A DNA stretch of 60,000 bases from positions 100,070,001-100,130,000 of the forward strand of contig NW_024704743.1 of the NCBI RefSeq assembly GCF_018977255.1, read 5' to 3'. The position numbers and the translations under genes are program-made. Below the pieces are notes generated by a model that saw nothing but the letters and a program-made list of their open reading frames with translations, was not told the origin of the DNA and did no database searches. Shown here in pieces: positions 51,901-60,000 of the stretch; position 1 is the stretch's first letter; every line of letters starts with the position of its first letter. Source of the DNA: Callorhinchus milii. Taxonomy: Eukaryota.

Positions 51901-54900
51901 GCACACAGCAAGTCTTAACCTGCGACTGTTGCTGGGAAGGGGGTTAGAGGTTCTTTCCTAAATGAGGAAAAAATACCTCTGGCTGTTCTGGGAATTTACC
52001 ATTGCAAGTACAGACCATCAAGAATGGTAAGTTTACTGATAAGTACTCTCTTACGCAATGAACCAAATTGGATAGGCCTTCATTAATCATGCTGGAATAC
52101 AGCAGCAAAAATGAGGTCTAACAAGCGTTTGGAATTCAGAAATTCATAATGTATGAATTAGTTATTATGCAGTAGTGAAGGTGGAGGAATGACCCACCTT
52201 CTCAGTACTGGTGCCCATGAAGTTGGGTTTAAATTCCAGTTGACAGATTTTGATTGTTGCCTTTGGCAAGATAGCAGCTTTAGTCTGAATATTTAGTTCA
52301 GTTAAAAAGTCAGTCATTATCAATGTATGGATGCGTCACAGTGGAGTTTTACATTAATATTTGATGGGATTATGGATACAGATCGAAGTAGAATGAGTCA
52401 TCAGATCTCTCTTCTTACCTTTCCCAGACAGATCAACTAACTTTTTGTGCCCTGTCTTTCCATCAAAGAGTTCAAGCGTGTATGTGCCCTGATCCTTCTC
52501 AGTGGGCTCATTGATCTGTAGCCAAAGCTGTTCTCCAGTCACACCATTCTTTACTCTCTCTGTGGAAGCAAGTTTTGTTTCTCTGGAGAGAAACAGCGAA
52601 GAGTTTAAAACACACTAAAACTAAAATCGCTTTTCACTTTGTAGTGTTAACGGAATGCCACTTAAACATTTTTATTTACAGGCATGAAACAATGACCTCT
52701 CTTCTTATCTCGCTGAAGAAAAGATTTCAGGAAATCTCAGCAGGAAAACAGTGAGTAAGATATTCAGAGACTTTATTTGTAACTGGCCAACAAAGCTAGT
52801 TCTAAGTCACTTTGAATCACTCTATGTAACTCTATTAATATTGAGTGAAATGTATTACGAACCCTATTTCAAATTGGCGAAACAATAAATGGAGCCATTC
52901 AAGCTCAATTTGAAAAAAAGAAAGACATTTAGCACATTTCTTTGCCAGTTCTGTTTTGGCACATAAACTTTGGCTAAAATTTCCCATTATGTGAAAGCAT
53001 GAAATCATGCTGCCAACTTTTTAAATTTGTGAAATTTGTGAAGTCTCCAAGTTGCAACTGGACCTAATTTTCTACAATGCTGGGCAATCTTAACACAAAA
53101 TAGTCCTACTGGCTATTAGATGGAGTTTTGTGCCTGTTATGTTTATCAACATCGAACTGAACAGGTAGATGGGACCTCTGTTTAACATCTCATCCATAGG
53201 ACGTACCTACAACAATGCAGTTCTGTGCCAACCTCATTGGGAGTTCAATACCCTGATCTGGAGCTGGGGTTTGAACCCACAAACTCCTGACTCAGAGGCA
53301 AGAGTGTTACCAAGTGAGCCAGGCTGACAGTTACATCTTAAGCTTCTGAGTTTCTATCAGCTTCTAGTGACAACTTTAGAATGATGGAGGGGGCTTCTTA
53401 TTACCAAGGGATGGTTCCCTAATGACCTGGATGCTTTTCTGATCAAAATGCATCTGTGTATTCTTTTACATAAAATTTATAGTTGGGACCCTAACCTTGG
53501 AAAATCTGTAATGGAAGGGGAAATTAAACATTCATACAGATCCTATGCTTTAGCGCTTCCAAAATTAGTTTTTGGATGCATTTTAAAATCCTGAAGAAAG
53601 CAGTTTCTTACTTGTGGTACCAGATGATCTTCAAGTCTTCCAGGAAGTAATTCAAAAATGAATAGAGTCTGATACCATGTTCCGTACTCTGCACCTTCAC
53701 CTCTGTTGCAGTCTGAGCTGTAACATTGATTAAAAAAACACTAAGTCTCTACATTCAGCTCTGAACTATTTTAAATATTACAAAGATGCTATGAATACAT
53801 AGAAGACATTCTTCAGATAACACTTACCAGCCATTCGGCAGACTTCGCAGATCACTTCACTGAACTCTGTAAAATTCAGAATAACAATGTAATTGAATGG
53901 ACTTTCCAAGTAACAGTTATCCTTTTTACAGTTACAATCATATTTTTATGACCATAGTTACAATATTACCTTAAAATGTCAAAGCCACAGTGACATCCTA
54001 TTGATTGATGCACTTCATCTGATTTAGATATAGCAATTTGTTCTCTGCCCTATCTTATTCTCTGTATTAATTGTCTTCCTTATAGTACCTTCAGAACACA
54101 CAGTTGAACCCTGTTATAAGGCAGTCCTTGAGGATCCATAAAATCTCAACCCAGATTTTAATGGGGCCTCAATAACTGGTCTGCATTTCTCATTCAGTGT
54201 TTGTGCTGCTCACTTCCTGCGTGCTCGTTGGCTGCCATATTAAAAAATATGAACTTAATTAATGTTGTTTAATTAAAAATCTAATTTTTACGCTTGAGGG
54301 GACTAATTTAAAAAAATGCACTTGTTTGAAGCTCAGAGGTAATAATAAAATAATAATCCTTGTATTTGTTATAGCATCTTATGACATCATTGAGATAACA
54401 GAAGTAATATTCTTTACATTTGTTATAGCACTTTTCATATGGGAAGGATGTCTGAAAGTGCTGCAGGGATATATTGTAAAGTGTAATGACTGCATGTTTT
54501 GTGGGTGAGTGATAGTATTGGAGAAAAAAAATAATCCTTGCATTTGATATAGCACTATTCACGTCTTTGAGACCTATCAAAACGCTTCACAGAATATACT
54601 GTAAAGTGAATTGACTGTATATTTGTGGGTGAAACGTGGCAGCCAATTGTGCACAGCAGTGCCCCCAAAACAGTCATGGATTGAAGGGACCAACTTATTA
54701 TTTTTTTTCTTGAGGGATTATTATCAGTTGTGTAGAGTAAGGAAACTTGCCCAAGGTTTCACCCTGCCGGGAATCGAACCCAGGTCACTCGCTTGTGAGG
54801 TGAGCGCTCTAACCACTGAGCTACAGGACTCCACTAGAGGAGAATTATTATAAATGTCTGCCAGACACCATACCTTTGTCAAGAAGTCGGAGTGTGCTTG

Positions 54901-57900
54901 AATCTCTTCCTCGGTCATCCTTTAACACAATCTCATACATGCCGGCATCCTTCTTCGAAAACTATCAAAGAATATGAATTTAAGAGTGTTAGACATCAGC
55001 AAGTGTTGAACAATGCTTCATTGGTGATGTTGTCTTATAAAGAGCCATAATAAGAATTGGCAATTAATCAAAACAATTGTTGAGCAGGGTATTGAGAGAA
55101 GCTCCCTTCTCTTGGTGAGATCTCATGGGATCGTTTAATATCAAGTGAGCATACAAAAAGGATCGCAGTTAAAATGTAAATTAACTTTACCTCCAACAAT
55201 GCAGCACTCCCTAAATACTGCACAGGAGTGTCACTATAGACTCTTAAATAAAGTCCCAAAATGAGGCTTTCTGACCCGGAATAGGAGTGCGACTAACTGA
55301 CACAAGCTGACAAGTGAAGTTGCAATATTGATTCCCAAACATGTAGAAATCAACTCTTGTGACACATCATTCAGCTCTTTACCTGTTGAATCAACAAAGT
55401 GCACACACCATCCTTGAAGTCATGCTTATCATCAAACATGATCTCTCTGTCATCTTTGTACCAGATAATAGTTGTCTCTTTCTTAATATTAGCCACCTAA
55501 ATGAAAAAGAAAATACAGCACATTTTTATTTATTAATATCGTTAACTATTGCTACAAGATATAGACTTAATGACTTCTGAATTAAGGTTGCTTTGACCCG
55601 AGCCCCCTCACCCCCTCCCTCCCTCCCCCCTCCTCTCTCCCCCCAAACCCTCCCCCCTCTGCATCTCTCCCGCTACTCTCTTCCCACTCCTCGCTCCCTC
55701 CCTTCCCTCCCCTCACCCTGACCATTTCCCCCCTCCTCGCTCCCTCCCTTCCCTCCCCTCACCCTGACCATTTCCCCCCTTGCTCGGGTCATGACCCAAC
55801 TGTGCAGCGCCTTGGGACGTCCTCCTGACGTGAAAGGCGCTTTATAAATGGAATCTTGTTGTTGTTGTTATTTAACTGGCTGATTGTCAAATAACTCCCT
55901 CTTTTTAGGAGGTATTTTGGCTTAAGCCAGAGAAGATGGAGAAGTACTTCATGTCCTTTTCTATAGTTGTTCCATGGATCAGCTGGTGGAAAGGTATAGG
56001 AATAGCACTGTCTGTTCTAAAACTTGAGCTGAATACCTCACGTATGGTATCGAGCCCAGTGGTGTGATTGAAATCAGGCCATCTCAGGGTGACTTTGTCA
56101 AACGTCTTGTGAGTCAGGGCGATATTTCTTGAAGATGGAGTTTACCCTGTAAGGTGTATTTTTCTAGCAACAGGACACGAGGAATGCTACAATTGTTAGA
56201 AGGAACCTCAATAAAAAGATGAGTTATTTTTTCTTCTTAGGTGTATATTCAACTGGTTACTAACTGACAGCTATTAACAAAGCTTTCCATGGTTCCACTA
56301 TTATAACATACACTGTAGTAAGTTACATAGAATGTTTGAGTTCTTTAATTGCATTATAAATTTTAAAACTATAGTGATTCTGTTGGGATTGTCCACAGCT
56401 ATGGGACATAAATTTTCTGTGTAATTGTCTGTTTAGAAATTAGACCAGTTTATAGAAACCTTGGGGTCAATCATAGGCTGATCGTAAACAATAGTGATCA
56501 CTTTATTCCATGTTTGCAATGAGAAATTCGATTATAAATACGTAATAGTAATGATAATCATGGCATTTGATATAGCATCTTATCACATCATTGAAATGTC
56601 TCAAAATAATTCACATGATTTTACTGTAGTGTAGTGACCATATGTTTTGTAGGCCAATCCGACAGCTAATTTGAGCACAGCAATGTCCCATGAATTCAGT
56701 TTTTGGGGAGACAAATTGCAGCCACTTACCAATAGGTCTCTATAGAATTAAAAGCCAAACTGTTGTTTTTACCTTGCATTTCAAAAGTACATTGCAGTCA
56801 CTAGTAACTTCCCATCCAACATACTCAACAAAATGAGGACCTGTTGGCACAGAACAGTTATCATTACCAATCACAAAGCAAATGAACAGCTTGATGGTAC
56901 AAGATGTAGAGCTGAAATTCACCTATCAAATTGTATATTTCTCAACTAATCATTGAGGAAATGTTTTGCATCAGTTTACTTTCTTAATGAATTGTACTGA
57001 AATGCGGTGTCCCTCAGGGCTCTGTCCTGGGTCCCCTCCTCTTCACCCTCTATATGCTCCCCCTTGGTGACGTCATCCACAGACATGGGGTTAACTTCCA
57101 CATGTATGTGGATGACACCCAACTCTACCTTTCCTCCTCTACCCTCAACTCCACGACCACCGATGTCCTGACAGCCTGCCTGTCCGACATCGAGTGCTGG
57201 ACGAGAGACAACTTTCTTCAGCTCAACGTGCGCAAAACTGAGGCCCTCCTGATTGGCTCACGTCAGCGCCTCCGCACCTCAACCGCTGACAGCATCAGCA
57301 TCCAAGGCTGCACTCTCCACCTCTCAAAGCCAGTCAGGAACCTCGGCGTTCTGTTCGACCCTGAGCTGTCCTTTCTCCCTCATATCCGCACCACAACTGG
57401 CACCGCCTTCCATCACCTCCAAAACATCGCCAAACTACGGCACTACCTCACCCCTCACGCTGCTGAAACTCTGGTCCACGCCTTTGTCACCTCAAAGCTG
57501 GACTATGGGAACTCTCTCCTCGCCGGCCTTCCCGGCACCTCCCTCCACAAGCTGCAGGTCATTCAGAACTCTGCAGCTCATGTACTGTCCCGCACCAGGC
57601 TTCGGGACCACATCACTTCCACCCTCGCTCGCATACACTAGCTTCCCATAACCCAGAGGATTGAATTCAAGATCCTCATCCTCACCTACAAGGCCATTCA
57701 CGGCCTTGCTCCCTCCTACCTCTCCGACCTACTATCCCCCTACCTACCTGCCCGTACCCTCCGTTCCTCTGGCTCCTGTCTGCTCCACATCCCCCGCCCC
57801 AACCGCCCTACCATCGGTGGCCGGGCCTTCAGCCTCTCAGCCCCTAGGCTCTGGAACTCCATCCCCCAGTGCCTTCGCCTTGCTCCCTCCCTTTCCTCCT

Positions 57901-59520
57901 TCAAGGCCGGTCTCAAAACCTTTCTCTTTGACCGTGCCTTCAGCTCCCCTCTCGACTCTCTACCTCCTTCTCGCTCCCTCCCTTCCCTCCCCTCACCCTG
58001 ACCATTTCCCCCCTGCTCGGGTCCTGACCCAACTGTCCAGCGCCTTGGGACGTCCTCCCGACGTGAAAGGCGCTCTATAAATGGAATCTTGTTGTTGAAT
58101 TGAAGACCGGCTCTTAAGAGAGAGACACTGTTCGTGAAGCCAAAGCAGGTCATCAGTAATGACTGATATCTAGAGACATGTCTTTAATTCTACCAGCAAA
58201 AGCCCTAACAGGTAAGCTGTAGTAGTTACATGCTTATTTTCCAATAAGTGAAACTGCACCCAAAGGGAGCTTTGTGCAGGGCATATTGGAAATTCCACTG
58301 TTTATAAGAACCACATTTAGTGGTCAGATACAACTTGATCCTCTTGGTCCTCTGTTGAGTTGCCAATCTCAGATTAAGCACTGTTATAATAGTTTGGTCG
58401 AAAGTCAGTACCACTGGTGTGTCATTGTACTCCATAATATTCTACTTTATCTCATTTTATATCTGTAATATTGTTCCAAGTGGCTTCACAAGCAGTAAGT
58501 TTGCATTGGTTTTGACAGGCGATAATACGAGTTGAGAATCTTTTCTGTTTCTTAGCTGCGTCTTTAAAAGGGTATTTTCCTTTATTCTGATTGAATCAAA
58601 GGTTCGCTATTAGTTTACAATGTAAAGTCATTAATTTTATCATTTGATACAGTGGATCATATGAGCTGATGTAGGAGTATAATGCACACTATTGTTTGCT
58701 GATTCTTAGGGAGCCTGGTTTAAAATGGGATTTCCCATCCAGTATACACAACCATTACCTTGTTTCCTCAGCCACTCTTTCCTCTGGAATTCTGCTTCAT
58801 TCTGCAAATTCTTAAACACTAAAGAAAAAGGGGAAAAGCTGTAAAACGTTATGAATCTATAATCAGTCTCTATAACATTTTGTAGCACTCAGAATTATTG
58901 TACAACTCAACTGCTTTTCCTTATTATAATAATCTTTGCATCTGATACAGTGCTAAAATGTCTAAATATCTCAAAGTGTTTCACAGCCGATTGTTGTCAA
59001 GTGAAGTGACTGTAAATTTTCAGGCAAAGGCGCCTGCCAATTTGCTCAAAGCAAGTCCCGTAAAGAGACATACAACAACAACTTGCATTTATTTTACACC
59101 TTTCCTGTAGGATAACGTCTCAGAGTGCTGGACATCAGGCAAACAACCAACTTAGTTGGAGAACTGTACTGGGAGAAACAGTCTTCTCTTTTTGAATAAA
59201 GTCATGTGATCTTGAACAAGTTGAAGAGACTGTGGTTTAATGTCTCGTCTGAAGGACGGCATCTCTGACAATGCAGCGCTCCCCCAGTACTGTATAAAAG
59301 AGTTACCCTAGACTGGTCTTTTTATTGTCAAAGTCATTTGTGTTCAATAAGAGAAATGGCAGCAGAGTGACTTACGGTCTCCAATCAGAACCAGACTGGA
59401 TTGGTTACTTGCTTTCCCATCCTGGAGCTGCACAGTGAAAGTTCCTTCATCTATGTCCTCCAATTTCTCCATAAACATTTCCAATAAACCAGTCTTTTGA
59501 TCTACTTTTATTTTGTATTT
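48673..59520 (-). CDS. MYOM1: Myomesin-1, 3' part (12 exons, about 396 aa; gene continues beyond the right edge)
   Basis: Manually spliced exons give [20 protein letters not shown]...[29 protein letters not shown]...[51 protein letters not shown]...[24 protein letters not shown]. This is recognisably the myomesin-1 C-terminus. All introns are GT-AG and the phases are consistent. Confidence 0.95.
49300..49670 (-). mobile_element. Older L2 LINE 3' fragment in the last MYOM1 intron
   Basis: [15 protein letters not shown]; similar to the 42112-42722 copy. Confidence 0.8.
49899..49954 (-). CDS. MYOM1: MYOM1 exon (56 bp), start of My13
   Basis: ttag|ACCGT...GGAAAG|gtaaa; (N)[18 protein letters not shown]. 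Confidence 0.95.
50377..50399 (-). CDS. MYOM1: MYOM1 micro-exon (23 bp), My12-My13 helix part 2
   Basis: acag|GCAAGCTGCAATTGCAGAAAGAA|gtgag; (K)QAAIAER(N). Confidence 0.92.
51400..51436 (-). CDS. MYOM1: MYOM1 exon (37 bp), My12-My13 helix part 1
   Basis: taaag|CATTC...CTGAA|gtaag; (A)[11 protein letters not shown](K). Confidence 0.93.
52419..52582 (-). CDS. MYOM1: MYOM1 exon (164 bp), My12
   Basis: ccag|AGAA...AAAG|gtaag; [54 protein letters not shown]. Confidence 0.95.
53612..53717 (-). CDS. MYOM1: MYOM1 exon (106 bp), My12
   Basis: tacag|CT...CACAA|gtaag; [34 protein letters not shown]. Confidence 0.95.
53828..53866 (-). CDS. MYOM1: MYOM1 exon (39 bp), My11-My12 linker helix
   Basis: tacag|AG...GCTG|gtaag; (E)[12 protein letters not shown](A). 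Confidence 0.92.
54529..54834 (-). mobile_element. tRNA-headed SINE in a MYOM1 intron
   Basis: Same family, more diverged; head lies about 40 bp from an exon donor. Confidence 0.92.
54874..54961 (-). CDS. MYOM1: MYOM1 exon (88 bp), My11
   Basis: atag|TTTTCG...AAAG|gtatg; [29 protein letters not shown]. Confidence 0.95.
55383..55496 (-). CDS. MYOM1: MYOM1 exon (114 bp), My11
   Basis: ttag|GTGGCT...CAACAG|gtaaa; [38 protein letters not shown]. Confidence 0.95.
55590..55870 (+). mobile_element. L2 3' UTR-only insertion with an internal 46-bp tandem duplication
   Basis: Same 3' UTR and tail as 57960-58097; duplicated unit at 55687-55778. Confidence 0.88.
56773..56840 (-). CDS. MYOM1: MYOM1 exon (68 bp), My11
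   Basis: acag|GTCCT...TGCAAG|gtaaa; (G)[22 protein letters not shown]. Confidence 0.95.
57006..58097 (+). mobile_element. L2-clade LINE, young 5'-truncated copy in a MYOM1 intron (antisense to the gene)
   Basis: [14 protein letters not shown] and LDYGNSLL motifs; an in-frame stop at the HW position; intact 3' UTR and (TTG)n tail; very similar to the 2570-4492 copy. Confidence 0.95.
58759..58818 (-). CDS. MYOM1: MYOM1 exon (60 bp), My10-My11 linker helix
   Basis: tttag|TG...CAAG|gtaat; (L)[19 protein letters not shown](G). Confidence 0.95.
59376..59520 (-). CDS. MYOM1: MYOM1 exon (145 bp), end of Ig domain My10
   Basis: ttcag|AAATAC...GGAGACC|gtaag; [48 protein letters not shown]. Confidence 0.95.
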
Positions 59521-60000
59521 CTGAAAATCAAATGGAAGTTTTGCTTTATTTTTAAATGAAACACTTCCCATCATTTTACGATCCACACATATCTATCAAC
59601 CATTTTCAAGCCAAGGAGAAGAAGGTGAACTGGTCTCAAGGCTTTACCAGTGCTGTTCTGCTAGGAAGTTCCAAATGTAACTAATTTGTTGATTTTCTTT
59701 CCCCTCTTTATGCAGAAACATTTCCCATTTGTTTGGTAGCTTCTTTAGGTATTTAGTTGAGGTTGTGTGGGGAGTTGCTCAAAGAGTCTGGTGGGGCAAA
59801 ATTCCACCTGGATCTAGGTTTACTCCATTAATGTAACATCTCAGAGTGGGCAATATTCTTTGGCAAATTGGCAAATTCTGGAAATGGTTTGACTATGAAA
59901 TTGTTTTTAAATGAATTTACAGAAAAACACTTCAAAATTGAAGTTTGCATTTAAGAACTTGACAAATTCTGTACATTCTGAAATGATGAAATTGTGCAAA

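Overview
Repeat-rich vertebrate genomic DNA. The SINE/LINE content suggests a cartilaginous fish (inference). The right end (48.7-59.5 kb, minus strand) holds the last 12 coding exons of myomesin-1 (MYOM1). These splice in frame through GT-AG sites into about 396 aa covering the end of Ig domain My10, My11-My13 and the linker helices. About 26 kb downstream, a CpG island at about 22.0-22.3 kb looks like a minus-strand promoter and first exon (CTCF motif, GC boxes, E-box, strong donor). By mammalian synteny this may be LPIN2, but no lipin coding exon is visible in the window. Directly upstream of that promoter is a 2-kb, extremely C-rich satellite, which explains the spurious 700-780 aa Pro/His ORFs. 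The rest is mobile DNA: L2 LINE fragments, CR1 fragments, a young tRNA-headed SINE sharing the L2 3' tail, older Deu-type SINEs, a hAT-like MITE, Helitron-like ends and Penelope-like remnants with a degenerate hammerhead core. I cannot demonstrate a new biological system. The best leads are the modular SINE and its L2 partner, the promoter-proximal G4/i-motif satellite, a pre-miRNA-like hairpin and several candidate alternative 5' exons.
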